A DNA stretch of 64,000 bases from an uncultured delta proteobacterium. Its GTDB lineage: Bacteria > Desulfobacterota > Binatia > DP-6. Numbering within the stretch: the first letter of the stretch is position 1; each line of letters starts with the position of its first letter. The stretch is taken from NCBI GenBank assembly GCA_963815115.1, contig CAWFFN010000008.1:782177-846176 (forward strand), read 5' to 3'. Shown here in pieces: positions 40,866 to 52,180 of this stretch. Under the pieces are notes generated by a model. It was not told the DNA's origin, made no database searches, and worked only from the letters and a program-made list of their open reading frames with translations. A program made the translations under genes and the position numbers.

Positions 40866-40917
40866 ATGCCCAAGGGTATGGCGATCACCGGCGGCGGCCG
40901 ACGGCTGCATCGTCATT

Positions 40918-41181
40918 TTACGCCGCGACTTCGACGGTCGCGTAGAAGTCGACCTGACAAGGGGTACGGCGCGGCCTGATGGCACGATGCCGCGGGGCGG
41001 GAATCTTGAGACCATCCTCGCGCATCCCGCGAAGGTGTATCTCGATCGCTCCCTCGATCCGCCGCAGCGCCGAGTCGATCGTCTTCCCCGTCGCGACGCA
41101 GCCGGGAAGATCCGGGACCGATGCCCCCCAGTCGCTCCCCGGATCTTTGTTGATTCGAACCAGATACTGGACCCTCTTCAT
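40918..41181 (-). CDS. hicB: HicB-family antitoxin (orphan)
   Basis: YLVRINKDPGSDWGASVPDLPGCVATGKTIDSALRRIEGAIEIHLRGMREDGLKIPAP. Confidence 0.85.
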   Translation of the reverse strand: MKRVQYLVRINKDPGSDWGASVPDLPGCVATGKTIDSALRRIEGAIEIHLRGMREDGLKIPAPRHRAIRPRRTPCQVDFYATVEVAA

Positions 41182-41405
41182 CGGAGCTCCCTCAACTGGC
41201 CTGCCGTCGTACCGACCTCCCGCACCTTCACGTGCGCAACGTATCAGCTCGAATCGCCCCAATCGACACCGACCGATGCGCCATCGGGAACCAACAAGGT
41301 GAGCCTGCTGCCGCTGAAGGCGTTTCGGGAATTCCAATTCTGCGTCCCCGGCAGTTCGGGGAGCACTGCTCCTGACCGTCGGCCGCGAACGACTGGTGGG
41401 GCGCC

Positions 41406-43775
41406 CTACCCTTCGAGCCTGAGCGCGGCGCGCAGGCGCGCGAAATCAAACCGCGCTCCCTCCGCGAGCCGACTCTCGTGGTTCTCCAGCTCCTTCAAGA
41501 GCACGTCCACGCGCTCCCGGCCGGCCTTGGTGCGCACCGCCTCACGAGGCGTCTGGCCGCGGAGCACCGGGAGCGGCTGGTCAATCCAGTCCGCATAGTG
41601 GCGCTCCTTGTAGGCGCGCAGGAGCTCGGTCGCCTCCGGCGATTCGACCGGCACGGGTACCCCGCGGTGGGCTGCCTGCACACGCGGGGACGTTGGATCG
41701 ACGTGTTCGCGCGCCCGGTGTCGGAGGCGGCCGCCGCACGCCGTCTCGATCCGCTGGCGGAGTGTGTCCGCCCGGCGCACCGAGTTCGTCTCGAGCTTCA
41801 GCGTACCGTCGGCCACGACCGCCCGGCCGACGACGGTGTTTTCCCAGCTCTTGTGCATGGCGTTCCCGGGACGCACGAAGGTGAAGCCGGGCTCTGGCTC
41901 GTCCGCTTCCGGCAACTGCACGTGCTCCATCCCCCCGAGGCACGCCTCGACGTCGGCGCGATCGGTGGGCGCGAAAACGAAGTGGTCGATCGTGAGCAGG
42001 AGCGGGTCGCCGTCGGTGTTGTGGAGCTGGGGTGGAACCGCCTGTGCCCGGTCGAGGTCGGCGACGGCGTCCTCCCAGCGCGCGATCAGGCGGCGGCCGA
42101 TCGTGCCGTCGCGCAGGCGCTCCACGGGAACGGGCCCTTTGGTGCGGAGCGTGGTGCGGATCCGCCGCACGACCGTGGCCGCCGCGGCCGGTGGGAGTGG
42201 CCGGGGATGGCTGCCGCAGAAGACGGCTTCTCCGGCGTGCTCGACCACCCGCGCGAGCACGGCATCCCTCCGGACAAGCGTCCGCGAACCGCTGACCTCG
42301 TGGACCTGCCGCTCTTCTCCACTGAGGAGGTCCCGCAGGGTGATCCCCGCCCCGGGCTCGACCGTGAGCACTTCCCAGACGGAGAGCCACGCCTGCTGCT
42401 GCGCTGCGAGCCAGTCGCGCGCCGCGGTCGGCAGATGCCGGCCGCGCTCCGCCAGGTACCAGGCGACAATCGGGCGCCCCTCCACGTGAAAACCATAGAC
42501 CGCCCAGGGACAGAAGAGCTGCAGGGTGGTCTCGGGGTCGTGGAAATCCCGGGCCGCACGCGAGATCACGTCGCCGAAGCGGCGACGCGCGTAGTGCATC
42601 ATGTCGAGGACGAGCCGTTCATCGATGGCATGGACGGGCGCTGGTTGGGCTGCGGGCGCCCTCTCGTCGCCGGCACGGAGGCAGCACTTCTTGTACTTCT
42701 TCCCGCTGCCACACGGGCACGGGGCGTTGCGCGCGACCTTCGGCGCAGCCCGGCGGCTCGGCTCGAGCGGCGGCTCATCGAGTGCGAACGCACCGTGCGC
42801 CTCGTACGGGACCGTCACCCGGACGGCCAGATCGGCTTCGTCGGTGTACGTCTCGCAGACGGGCTCAGCGGGCTCCTGCGCGAAGACCCGCGGATGCCGC
42901 ACGCTGAATGCGACGAGCGCCTGGGCACACGCGGCCACGACGCGCACATCCTGCTCGGTGAGGGGACGCGGCAGCCCGTCGCGGTCGCGGTGCTCGACTC
43001 GCGGATAGGCCTGCGGTCCGGCCACCGGCCAGCCGTGCGCGGCGAGCTCGCGCCGCCGCGAGGGGGCCACGTCGGCCCCGCGTTCGAAGGTCAGGGAGAG
43101 GGCCGTCGTGCCGAAGTCGAGTTCCTCACGGCGGGATGCGTCTGCCGTATCGATGAACGCCTCATAGCCCGCCAGCGACGGGAAGAGTACGAAGCCCAGG
43201 CTTTCCCCGAGGCCCCCGATGATGGACAGGCACGCGCCATGGACCCCGAGCGCCGGGATGTCGACGCGGAGGACCTGGTCGTCGCTCGCGGTCTTCCACG
43301 GGGCGAGGCGATAGAGCATCTCCGCCGCCCGGAAGAGGATCGCGACGACGTCGGCCGGCACGCGCCCCGCCTCGAGATAGCTCTCCCGCTCGTCGCTCGC
43401 CGGCATGGCCGCGGCCATCTGGGCGAGCACGGCGTGCAGCTCCGGCGTCGGGGCCACGACCACGTCGATGTCGGGCACCGCGGCCCGCACCTCGACGGCG
43501 AGCGCCCGATCGGCCACGCGGATCCGCGCCGGCCGGCGCGGCCGTCCGACGAGCGGCTGCGCCATGGTGCGCACGAGGATCTGGGTGACCGAGACGGGGG
43601 CCCGGGGATCGACGACTTCCGTGCCGACTACGACGGCGTCGGGCAGCTCGAGCCAGAGGACCACCTCGACCCGGTATGGCTCGCCCGCCATCACATACGC
43701 CGGGGCGGCGAGCTGCCCGCCCACCCACTCGCCCGTGTCGATCGAGGGCGGGTGCCGATTCCGTCGCGTGCTCAC
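41406..43775 (-). CDS. Large multidomain SEC-C motif protein
   Basis: [20 protein letters not shown] mid-protein; C-terminal [18 protein letters not shown] segment. Confidence 0.8.
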   Translation of the reverse strand: MSTRRNRHPPSIDTGEWVGGQLAAPAYVMAGEPYRVEVVLWLELPDAVVVGTEVVDPRAPVSVTQILVRTMAQPLVGRPRRPARIRVADRALAVEVRAAVPDIDVVVAPTPELHAVLAQMAAAMPASDERESYLEAGRVPADVVAILFRAAEMLYRLAPWKTASDDQVLRVDIPALGVHGACLSIIGGLGESLGFVLFPSLAGYEAFIDTADASRREELDFGTTALSLTFERGADVAPSRRRELAAHGWPVAGPQAYPRVEHRDRDGLPRPLTEQDVRVVAACAQALVAFSVRHPRVFAQEPAEPVCETYTDEADLAVRVTVPYEAHGAFALDEPPLEPSRRAAPKVARNAPCPCGSGKKYKKCCLRAGDERAPAAQPAPVHAIDERLVLDMMHYARRRFGDVISRAARDFHDPETTLQLFCPWAVYGFHVEGRPIVAWYLAERGRHLPTAARDWLAAQQQAWLSVWEVLTVEPGAGITLRDLLSGEERQVHEVSGSRTLVRRDAVLARVVEHAGEAVFCGSHPRPLPPAAAATVVRRIRTTLRTKGPVPVERLRDGTIGRRLIARWEDAVADLDRAQAVPPQLHNTDGDPLLLTIDHFVFAPTDRADVEACLGGMEHVQLPEADEPEPGFTFVRPGNAMHKSWENTVVGRAVVADGTLKLETNSVRRADTLRQRIETACGGRLRHRAREHVDPTSPRVQAAHRGVPVPVESPEATELLRAYKERHYADWIDQPLPVLRGQTPREAVRTKAGRERVDVLLKELENHESRLAEGARFDFARLRAALRLEG

Positions 43776-44221
43776 GTGGCCCCCCGGGCTCGTGCCCGGT
43801 ATCTCTTCCGAAGCTCCGCCATGACTTGCTCGCCGGGAGGCGCTGCGCCCCGATCGAGGGCGGCGACGAGTTTCCGGTCGATTCGCTTGCGGAGCTTCCG
43901 CTCAAGAGCGTCGAGCACGGGAGCATCCCGGATGGGCTTCCTCGTGAGCAGCGCCTTCATGAGCCGGCCCTGCCGTCTCGGCGTGGCGGTGCTGGAACTC
44001 ACGGACGAGCTCGCGCACGAATTCGCTGGGGGTGCTGCCCGAGCCGCTTTCCCCTTCGCGTAATGGCCCCATCTCGGGCATCCCAGCCAGGAGCTCGAAG
44101 GCTCGCTCGACAGCTTCAGAAACTCCTCCGCCTTCTCAACCGAGCCACGTTCACCGATGTAAACGAAGTGGTCGAGGAGGTCGACCTTGGCGCGGGGTCG
44201 CTCGAGGACCCGAGCGCTCAC
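43772..44221 (-). pseudogene. Truncated ParE-type toxin fused by deletion to the C-terminal part of a second ParD-like antitoxin
   Basis: ERPRAKVDLLDHFVYIGE...AVERAFELLAGMPEMG; then TPSEFVRELVRE...[11 protein letters not shown]...VMAELR. Confidence 0.6.
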
Positions 44222-44487
44222 CTCACCTTCTTCGTTCGCTTGGCGAGCCGCCGGCGGCCTTCACGGCGGATGTCGTCCCAATCCTTCTTCGTCATCGGCG
44301 TGGGTTCACCGCTGTCGAGAGCCTCCAGGAGATTCTGGTCGACCTCTGCGCGAAGCTCGCGCTGCTGTTCCCGTCGAAGAACGTGACGGACGAACTCACT
44401 CGCCGTCCCGTAGCCACGACGCTTCACTTGTTCCTCGACCCAGGTGCGCATGTCTGGGAGCACGGAGATGTTCAGGGCAGCACGCAT
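44218..44487 (-). CDS. ParD-family ribbon-helix-helix antitoxin
   Basis: LNISVLPDMRTWVEEQVKRRGYGTASEFVRHVLR...LLEALDSGEP...DWDDIR. Confidence 0.85.
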   Translation of the reverse strand: MRAALNISVLPDMRTWVEEQVKRRGYGTASEFVRHVLRREQQRELRAEVDQNLLEALDSGEPTPMTKKDWDDIRREGRRRLAKRTKKVR

Positions 44488-44528
44488 GGGTCGGGTCTAC
44501 CACGATCGGCAAACTGTGCCACAGGATA

Positions 44529-44700
44529 TTACAGGCCCAGCGCGTTGCCCTTCTTCGCGAGCTTGCTGGACACCTGTACGCCCGCCTGCGCCGCGGCGTC
44601 GGCCGTGTTGAGCAGTTCCGCCGTCGTCGTCTCGTCGAGATACTCCCGCCGCAATTGTCGCAGACGCGCGCGGGCACCCCCCGGATAAACGCCGGTTGCC
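44529..44700 (-). pseudogene. YgiT/MqsA-type zinc-finger antitoxin fragment
   Basis: IRGVPARVCDNCG.EYLDETTTAELL. Confidence 0.6.
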
Positions 44701-44862
44701 CCACCGCGCTCCCAGCGTCTCGTGGCCTGCTTGCGAACGAGGTCGATCGCGCGCTGGCGCTATCGAACACGTCCCCCAGGCTGGGCAGCACACAACGAGC
44801 GCGCGTTTGGCGGTTGAATCCCCCCCCGCCCGGCGCAGGATCGCTGAGCGACGCCTCCCGCC

Positions 44863-45558
44863 CTAGAGCAGGGGGGCGATGCGCAGGTGGAGCCGCACGT
44901 GCAGGTTGTGAATGCCCACGTCGCGGAGCGGCAGCTCGAGAATGGTGCCGTCCCACACTCGCGGCGGGATGTGCACCCGGACCGGCGCCTCGGTCTCGAC
45001 GACGCCGCGGTCGTCGCAGGTAGGGCAGGAGTGCAACCAATCACCACCGGTCCCACCGCAACGCGGGCAGGTCCGGAAGACGGGCACGCCTAGCCGCACG
45101 ACGCCGCCCCGCTCGACCTCCGCTCCCGACAGGACCAGCTCGACGTCCAATGGCTGGAGCCGCTCGGCCTTGCTGGCCCGCGCGGTGAGCAGGTTGTGCA
45201 AGACGCGATCGAGGAGCTCCTCCGGCGAGGGATCCACGTGCCGGAACCCGCGCGGGATCGACACAGGCAGCGGTGCGAGCGGTTCCGGGGGCACGTCGTC
45301 CGCGAGCACGATCGAGTCCGGCGCGACGTCGAGCCGGCCCTCCGCGCGGCGCAGACCCTGGTCGTGGAGAGCGCGCTGTTCGTCGTGGGAGAGGACCTCG
45401 TAGGCCTCGACGACATCCCGGAACGCCGTGGCTCCCTCGGGACCAGCCCGGTCGGGATGGTACTGCTTCGCCAGCTGGCGATATGCGTCGCGGATGCCGC
45501 GCGGGTCCTGCTCGTCCCGGGGAACGCCGAGAATCAGATAGTAGTTCTTCATCATCAT
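44863..45558 (-). CDS. DnaJ-domain protein
   Basis: NYYLILGV...AYRQLAKQYHPD...EAYEVLS; CPRCGGTG / CPTCDDRG; partial C-terminal domain. Confidence 0.85.
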   Translation of the reverse strand: MMMKNYYLILGVPRDEQDPRGIRDAYRQLAKQYHPDRAGPEGATAFRDVVEAYEVLSHDEQRALHDQGLRRAEGRLDVAPDSIVLADDVPPEPLAPLPVSIPRGFRHVDPSPEELLDRVLHNLLTARASKAERLQPLDVELVLSGAEVERGGVVRLGVPVFRTCPRCGGTGGDWLHSCPTCDDRGVVETEAPVRVHIPPRVWDGTILELPLRDVGIHNLHVRLHLRIAPLL

Positions 45559-45631
45559 CGGGCTCCGTCCGCCGGCACCTCTCGAGGTGACGGCGCCACG
45601 GTAGGCCCGGGCGTGCACGTGCGCAAGACGG

Positions 45632-45802
45632 TCAGTGGGCGCCGAGCGGCTTCGGCGTCTCGATCGGGACGACCCGGTTAACCTCCCGTCCGCAGTCGGA
45701 TATCACCGCGCCGCGCCCCCGCTTCACCTTGCGAAGAATCTCGCTCAGCTTCGCCTTGGCCTCGTGGACCGGCTAGGCGCGCGCGGCCTGTATCATCAGC
45801 AT
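45632..45802 (-). pseudogene. Phd/YefM-family antitoxin pseudogene
   Basis: In-frame TAG at 45773-75, then PVHEAKAKLSEILRKVKRGRGAVISDCGREV.RVVPIE. Confidence 0.6.
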
Positions 45803-45992
45803 GGTCTTGATGGTCGAATAGTGTTGGTTCGTCGAGATCGACCCGCCCTTCACACGTAGCGCGCGGTCACACCCGGCTCGCGGACGTACGGCGCCACCGC
45901 GAGCACCAGGGAAGATGTGCACAGGTGGTCGTGCAGGGGCCGATGATTGGTTGAGGTCGTGAATCTGCGCCTCGAGGGACGGGAGTGGGTCG

Positions 45993-47625
45993 TTGCTTGA
46001 CGCCCGCCGCGCCTTGTGCAACCCCGCGTCGCTCGTGGCGATTCGAAAACGCCTGGACCGGCTCGCGGCCCTCGCGGGTGTGGTCGCGCTCCTCGCGCTT
46101 GCGGCCCCCGGCTCCGCGACCGAGACCGCCAGGTCGAAGCAGACCGGCGCGAAGGACCAGCCGAAGGCCGCCCCGGTCGCCGTACCCGCCTTCGATTTCG
46201 AGCGGGTCGCCAAGCTGGCCCGCAAGCTGGCGGCGGAGCCCTACCGGGACCCGAAGGGCGAGATACCCGACTGGCTACTCGGCATCAGCTACGACCAGTG
46301 GCGTGACATCCGCTTCCGGCCCGACCACGCGCTCTGGGCAGACGGGTCGTCGCCGTTCCAGGTGCAGTTCTTTCACCCGGGGCTCTTCTATGACCGTCAC
46401 GTGGCGATCAACGTGGTCGACGACCAGGGCTCGAGGCCGGTCGCGTTCTCACCGTCGCTCTTCGACTACGGCCACAACGACTTCGCCAGCCGCGTGCCGC
46501 AGGACCTCGGCTTCGCGGGCTTCCGCCTCCACTATCCCTTGAAGAAGCCCGACTACCACGACGAGGTCATCGTGTTCCTCGGCGCGAGCTACTTCCGGGC
46601 GCTCGGGAAGGACGAGGTGTTCGGGCTGTCGGCGCGGGGACTCGCCATCGACACGGCGGAGTCGTGGGGGGAGGAGTTCCCCTGGTTCCGCGAGTTCTGG
46701 ATCGTGCGTCCCGAGGCGAAGGCGAAGACGATCACGCTCTATGCGCTGCTCGACAGCCCACGCGTGGCCGGCGCCTACCGCTTCGTGGTCGAGCCCGGTG
46801 AGCAGACGCGGGTCGACGTCGAGTGCCAGCTCTTCCTGCGCGCGGAGGTGAAGAAGCTCGGCCTCGCGCCCCTCACCAGCATGTTCTTCCACGGGGAGAA
46901 CACGGTGCGGCCGTTCGTCGACTTCCGGCCGGAGGCGCACGACTCGGACGGGCTCCTGCTGCTGCTCGGGAGCGGTGAATGGCTGTGGCGGCCGCTCGAC
47001 AACCCGGCGCGCTTGAGCGTGAGCGCTCCACGCGCCGAGGCGCTGGCAGGCTTCGGCCTCCTCCAGCGCGACCGCAACTTCGATCACTACCAGGATCTCG
47101 AGACCACCTCGGAGCGGCGGCCGAGCGTCTGGCAGGTGCCGTGGGGCTGGGAGCCGGGCCGCGTCGAGCTGGTCGAGATCCCGACCAGCCGCGATACCAA
47201 CGACAACGTCGTGACGTATTTCGTGCCCGACGCATGTGCCGAAGCCGGGCGAGGAGGCACGCTTCGGCTACACGCAGTGGTGGTACGGCGAGGACCCGAC
47301 CCGCCCGCCTGACGGGCGCGTGCTGGGTACGCGGCGCGACGCCGGGACCATCGAGGGCGCAACGCGGTTCGTGATCGACTTCGCGGGCGGGAAGCTCGGC
47401 ACCCTGCCGCCCGACGAAGTCCTGCGCGGCGTGGTGGACGTGACGGGTGGCGACGCGCAGGCCGAGATCCGGGACCAGCAGGTGGTGGCGAACCCGCACG
47501 TCGGGGGGTGGCGGCTCAGCTTCCAGGTGGTGCCGAAGAAGCGCGAGCCGGTCGAGCTGCGGGCGCACCTCGAGCGCGGCGGAGAGGTGCTCACGGAAAT
47601 CTGGTCTTCTGCTATTCTTCCCTGA
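45993..47625 (+). CDS. opgG: Glucan biosynthesis protein OpgG/MdoG (GH186 family); one frameshift near 47232
   Basis: ISYDQWRDIRF, GFAGFRL, FLGASYFRALG..GLSARGLAIDT, EEFPWFREFW, APLTSMF, DFRPEAHDSDGL, EIPT..TNDNVV, GGWRLSF. Confidence 0.9.
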
Positions 47626-47629
47626 CCCC

Positions 47630-50234
47630 ATGGGGGAGTACCGAGCCAGCGCGGCTGGAGAGCACCGAACTCGCCACCGGCGAGACCGCCGCCGGCGGCC
47701 GCCTGGTCCAGAACTGGGGGGACGCGCACGAGCGCGCGCTGGCGTACCTGGACGCGCTCGGCCTGCCGGACGAGGAGCGGAGCGAGATCGCCCTGGTCGC
47801 CGTGCAGGAGGCGTCGGCGCGGCCCTGGACGCCGCGGAGCAACGCCGTGGCCGCGACCCTCGAGGAGGTGCGGCGGCGGCTCGCCGGTGACGACGACGGC
47901 CGGCAGGCCTTCGTGCGCTGGCGGCTCGTGCGCGAGTTCGGCACCGGCGCCGAGGCCGGGCTCGCGGCCACTCCGCCGCTGCGCCGCACGCCGATGGGCT
48001 ACGAGCTCATCCGCCGCCGCTCGGGCGACGGGCGCAGCCGCCGGCGCGGCGGGACCGGGTCCGCCGCCGAGTCCGTCCTCTACGGCCGCCCGTTGCGGCG
48101 GCTGCGCCGCTCTCTCGCGTGGACGCGCGCGGCGCACCGCAGGAGGCTGCTGCTCGTGCTGCTGGTCCTCGTGCCGACCACGGTCGCCAGCGCGTTCATG
48201 GTGAACGTGCTGCCGCACCAGGGGGGAACCTGGCTCGAGGTGGCGATCGTCGCCTTCTTCGGCGTGCTCTTCGGCTGGGTGTCCGTCGGCTTCTGGACCG
48301 CGCTGTTCGGCTTCGTGACGCTCGCGCGCGGCCGCGACCGCTTCGCGATCACCGGGCTTGCCGCGGGGGATCCGGCGGGGGCGGCGGGCCCGCCGTCGGC
48401 CGACCCGAACGAGATGCCGACGGCGATCATCATGCCGATCGCCAACGAGCCGGTGGAACGCGTGTTCGCGGGCCTCCAGGCCATCTACCGCTCGCTCGAG
48501 CGCGCGGGCGCCGTCGAGCGCTTCCACTTCTTCGTCCTGAGCGACTCGAACGATCCCGACGTGATGGTGGCGGAGGAGGCGGCATGGGCCGCGTGGTGCC
48601 GCGCGGTCGACGGGTTCGGGCGCATCTTCTACCGCCGGCGGCGGGCCCGCATCGAGCGCAAGAGCGGCAACGTCGCCGACTTCTGCCGGCGCTGGGGCGC
48701 GCACTACCGGTACATGGTCACGCTCGACGCCGACAGCCTGATGGCCGGCCCCACCATCGTGCGCCTCGTCGAGCTGATGGACATGCACCCGCATGTCGGC
48801 ATGATCCAGACCGCCGCCACGGCGGTGAACCGCCGCTCGCTGTTCGCGCGCCTGCAGCAGTTCGCGAGCCATGTCTACGGGCCGATGTTCGCCGCCGGGC
48901 TGCACTGGTGGCAGCTCGGCGACGGACAGTACTGGGGACACAACACGATCATCCGCGTCGCGCCCTTCATGGCGCACTGCGGGCTGCCGCGGCTCCGGGG
49001 ACGGGAGCCGCTCGGCGGGGAGATACTGAGCCACGACTTCGTCGAAGCGGCGCTCATGGGACGCGCCGGCTGGGGCATCTGGCTGGCGTACGACCTCGGC
49101 GGCAGCTGGGAGGAGGTGCCGTCGACCTTGCTCGAGGAGATGAAACGCGACCGGCGCTGGTGTCAGGGGAACCTCCAGCATCTGCGGCTGCTGTTCACGG
49201 AGGGCCTCTTCGGCGCGCATCGCGCGCTCTTCCTGAACGGCGTCTTCTCGTACGTCTCGGCGGCGCTGTGGTTCGCCTTCCTGAGCCTCTCGACCGTGGA
49301 GGCCATCGACAACGCGCTGCGCGCGCCCGACTATTTCCCGCACGGGCCGAGCCTCTTTCCGGAGTGGCCCATCTGGCGTCCCGACTGGGCGATGTGGCTG
49401 ATGGCGGTGATCGGCGTCCTGCTCTTCCTGCCGAAGTTGCTCGCGATCCTGCTCATCTGGCTCGGGCGGCGGGAGGCCCGGGCCTACGGCGGCCTCGCCC
49501 GGCTTTCGCTCTCCGTGCTGCTCGAGATCCTCGTCTCGAGCCTGCTCGCGCCCATCCGGATGGCATTCCACACGCGCTTCGTGCTGACGAACCTCCTCGG
49601 GCGCACCGTCGGCTGGGGCTCGTCGGGACGGGAGGAGGCGGAGACGGGCTGGAGTCAGGCGCTTCGACATCACGGCTTCGACTCGCTCGTCGCCAGCGTC
49701 TGGGGCGCCGGGCTGTACTGGCTCAACCCGGGCTACTTCTGGTGGGTCACGCCGATCATCGGGGCGCTCCTCCTCTCCGTCCCGCTCTCGGTCGTGCTCA
49801 GCCGCGTCCGTCTGGGCGACGTCACCCGCCGCTGGGGCTTCTTCCGCATCCCGGAGGAAACCGTTCCTCCCCCCGAGCTGCGCGACCTGACCACGCTCGG
49901 CGCCGAGGCGGACGCCCGGCGCGCGGCGCTGCCGCCGCTCGAGCGCGCGGGCTTCGTGCGCGGAATCGTCGATCCGTACGTCAACGCCATCCATCGGGCG
50001 TTCCTGCGCGCGCCGCGCCAGCTCGGCGACGACCTGCGCGCGGCGCGGCGGGCGCTGGTCGACCGGGGAGTGCTCGAGGGTCCGGAGGCGCTGGGCGCGG
50101 CGGAGCGGCGCGTCCTCCTGCTCGATCCCGATGCCGTGGACGCGCTCCACGAGCGCGTGTGGGCGCTCGAGGACCGGGCCCGCGCCGCTCGCTGGGGGCG
50201 GCCGGGAGAACGGGCGCCGGCGGCGGTGGGGTGA
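47630..50234 (+). CDS. opgH: Glucans biosynthesis glucosyltransferase H (GT2); probable extra G just after the ATG
   Basis: TAIIMPIANE, FFVLSDS, RKSGNVADFCRRWG, LDADSLM, YWGHNTIIR, ILSHDFVEAALM, RDRRWCQGNLQH. Confidence 0.95.
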
Positions 50235-51511
50235 GGAGCGTCGGCGCGCTCGTCATCCTGCTGGCGGCGGGTTGCGGCCGCGTCGAGCGCGAGCCCGGCA
50301 CGCTCGCGGTGTGGGCGATGGGCAGCGAGGGCGAGGTGGTCGAGCAGCTCGTCCCGGAATTCGAGCGACGCCACCCCGGCCATCACGTCGAGGTGCAGCG
50401 CGTGCCGTGGAGCGCGGCGCACGAGAAGCTCCTCACCGCCTGGGTGGGCGGCGCGATGCCGGACGTCGTGCAGGTGGGCAACACCTGGATCCCCGAGCTG
50501 GTCGTGCTGGGGGCGCTGGAGCCGCTCGACGACCGGCTGGCCGCGTCCGGGACGATCGATCGTGCCGACTACTTTCCCGGCATCCTCGACCCCGAACGTC
50601 GTGGACGGCCGCACGTGGGGCGTGCCGTGGTACGTCGACACCCGCGTCCTCTTCTATCGTCAGGACCTGCTCGCCGCCGCCGGCCATCCCGGGCCGCCGC
50701 GTACCTGGGACGCTGCGGAGGCCGCGATGGCCGCCGTGATCGACCGCGGCAGGCCCGGGGCGCACGCGATCCTGCTGCCGCTCACCGAGTGGCAGCCGCT
50801 CGTGCTCCTCGCCTTCGCGGAGGGCGCGACGCTGCTCGCCGACGGCGACTGCCGGGGCGCCTTCCGGAGCCCCGCCTTCCGCGCCGCGCTGGTGCGCTAC
50901 GTCGGCATGTTCCGGCGCGGGCTCGCGCCGCTCGGCGGCGCGGCCACGGCCGCCAACGTCTACCAGGACTTCGCGCGTGGCGACGTCGCGTTCGTGATCA
51001 CCGGGCCGTGGAACCTGGGCGAGTTCGCGCGCCGACTGCCCGCGGCGCTCGCGGACCGCTGGACGACGGCGCCGATGCCGGCGGCCGACGGGCCGCCGCC
51101 CGGCCCGTCGCTGGCGGGCGGCGGCAGCCTGGTGCTGGTGCACGGGACGCCGCACGCGGACGCGGCATGGCAGCTGATCGAATTCCTGTCCGAGCCGGCG
51201 CAGCAGGTTCGCCTGCACGCCCTCACCGGCGACCTTCCGGCGCGGCGCGCCGCCTGGCGCGATCCGACCATCGCAGGCGAGCCGCGCGTGGCAGCGTTCC
51301 GCACGCAGCTCGAGAATGTACGAGCGACGCCGAAGATCCCGGAATGGGAGCGGATCGCGGCCAAGATCGCGCAGTACGCCGAGGCGGCGATCCGTGGCCA
51401 GCTCGAGATCGACGACGCGCTCGCCGCCCTCGATGGCGAGGTGGACGCGATCCTCGAGAAGCGGCGCTCCCTCGGCCGCTGCGGACCGGGGGACGCGGCG
51501 CCGTCGGTTGA
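50231..51511 (+). CDS. Sugar ABC transporter substrate-binding lipoprotein (frameshift near 50592; 3' end ambiguous)
   Basis: Lipobox LAAGC; WAMGSEGE, VPWSAAHEKLLTA, VPWYVDTRVLFYR, SLAGGGSL, PKIPEWERI, EKRR. Confidence 0.88.
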   Translation: MRSVGALVILLAAGCGRVEREPGTLAVWAMGSEGEVVEQLVPEFERRHPGHHVEVQRVPWSAAHEKLLTAWVGGAMPDVVQVGNTWIPELVVLGALEPLDDRLAASGTIDRADYFPGILDPERRGRPHVGRAVVRRHPRPLLSSGPARRRRPSRAAAYLGRCGGRDGRRDRPRQARGARDPAAAHRVAAARAPRLRGGRDAARRRRLPGRLPEPRLPRRAGALRRHVPARARAARRRGHGRQRLPGLRAWRRRVRDHRAVEPGRVRAPTARGARGPLDDGADAGGRRAAARPVAGGRRQPGAGARDAARGRGMAADRIPVRAGAAGSPARPHRRPSGAARRLARSDHRRRAARGSVPHAARECTSDAEDPGMGADRGQDRAVRRGGDPWPARDRRRARRPRWRGGRDPREAALPRPLRTGGRGAVG

Positions 51512-51542
51512 CGCGCGGCCGGTCTGGTGGGATCATCCCACC
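51508..51542 (+). promoter_or_regulatory. Probable leaderless promoter with palindromic operator for vapBC
   Basis: TTGACG (51508-13), 17 bp, GATCAT (51531-36), ATG at 51543; perfect IR GGTGGGAT-c-ATCCCACC (51526-42). Confidence 0.7.
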
Positions 51543-51767
51543 ATGATCGTCACACTGGACGCCAAGCGACGGCTCACTGTCCCGATCGCTCTCGCTCCCG
51601 CGAAGCCAGGTGACGTCTTCGAGGCGGATTTCGACGCCGAGGAAGACGCCCTCGTGTTTCGTCGCATCACCCGAGACGAGGATTGGCTCGCCGTGCTCGA
51701 AGACTGCCCCGTCCCGATGGACGATCTTCCGTCTCGGCGCCGGGAGTACTTCCGTCCCAAGCTATGA
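51543..51767 (+). CDS. vapB: AbrB-like VapB antitoxin
   Basis: MIVTLDAKRRLTVP...KPGDVF; 74 aa; ATGA overlap with the PIN gene. Confidence 0.75.
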   Translation: MIVTLDAKRRLTVPIALAPAKPGDVFEADFDAEEDALVFRRITRDEDWLAVLEDCPVPMDDLPSRRREYFRPKL

Positions 51768-52180
51768 GCTGGCTGCTCGACGCGGACGTCCTCAGCCAGC
51801 CGGCGAAGAAGCAAGGCGATGAGAAGACCATCGCCTGGCTGCGGGCCGAGCGTGATCGCTGCTACACCAGCGCGGTCGTCATCGCTCAGCTCGCGTACTG
51901 GGTCCTTACCAAGCAAGGCAAGCAGCGGGAGGCGCTCCAGACCTGGTTGACCCGTTTGACGGACGCGATGCAGGGACGGATTCACGGATTCAACGTCTCG
52001 GTGGCGCACGTCTGGGCGGAGCAGCAACGGGGCCTGGATGAGGCCGGTCAGCGGATGCCCATCGAGGACAGCTACATCGCGGCCACGGCCCGGCGGCACG
52101 GACTGACCATCGCGACGGGCAACGACCGGCATTTCCGCAGGCCTGGACTCAGGGTCTTCAACCCGTTCAAGGAGCTCTGA
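51764..52180 (+). CDS. vapC: PIN-domain VapC toxin
   Basis: WLLDADVLS...DSYIAATARRHGLTIATGN.RHF...VFNPF. Confidence 0.88.
   Translation: MSWLLDADVLSQPAKKQGDEKTIAWLRAERDRCYTSAVVIAQLAYWVLTKQGKQREALQTWLTRLTDAMQGRIHGFNVSVAHVWAEQQRGLDEAGQRMPIEDSYIAATARRHGLTIATGNDRHFRRPGLRVFNPFKEL

Noticed and set aside
44218-45558. Toxin-antitoxin-chaperone (TAC) module using the DnaJ protein
   Set aside because: Known TAC chaperones are SecB-like, the neighbouring TA genes are fragments, and there is no coupling evidence
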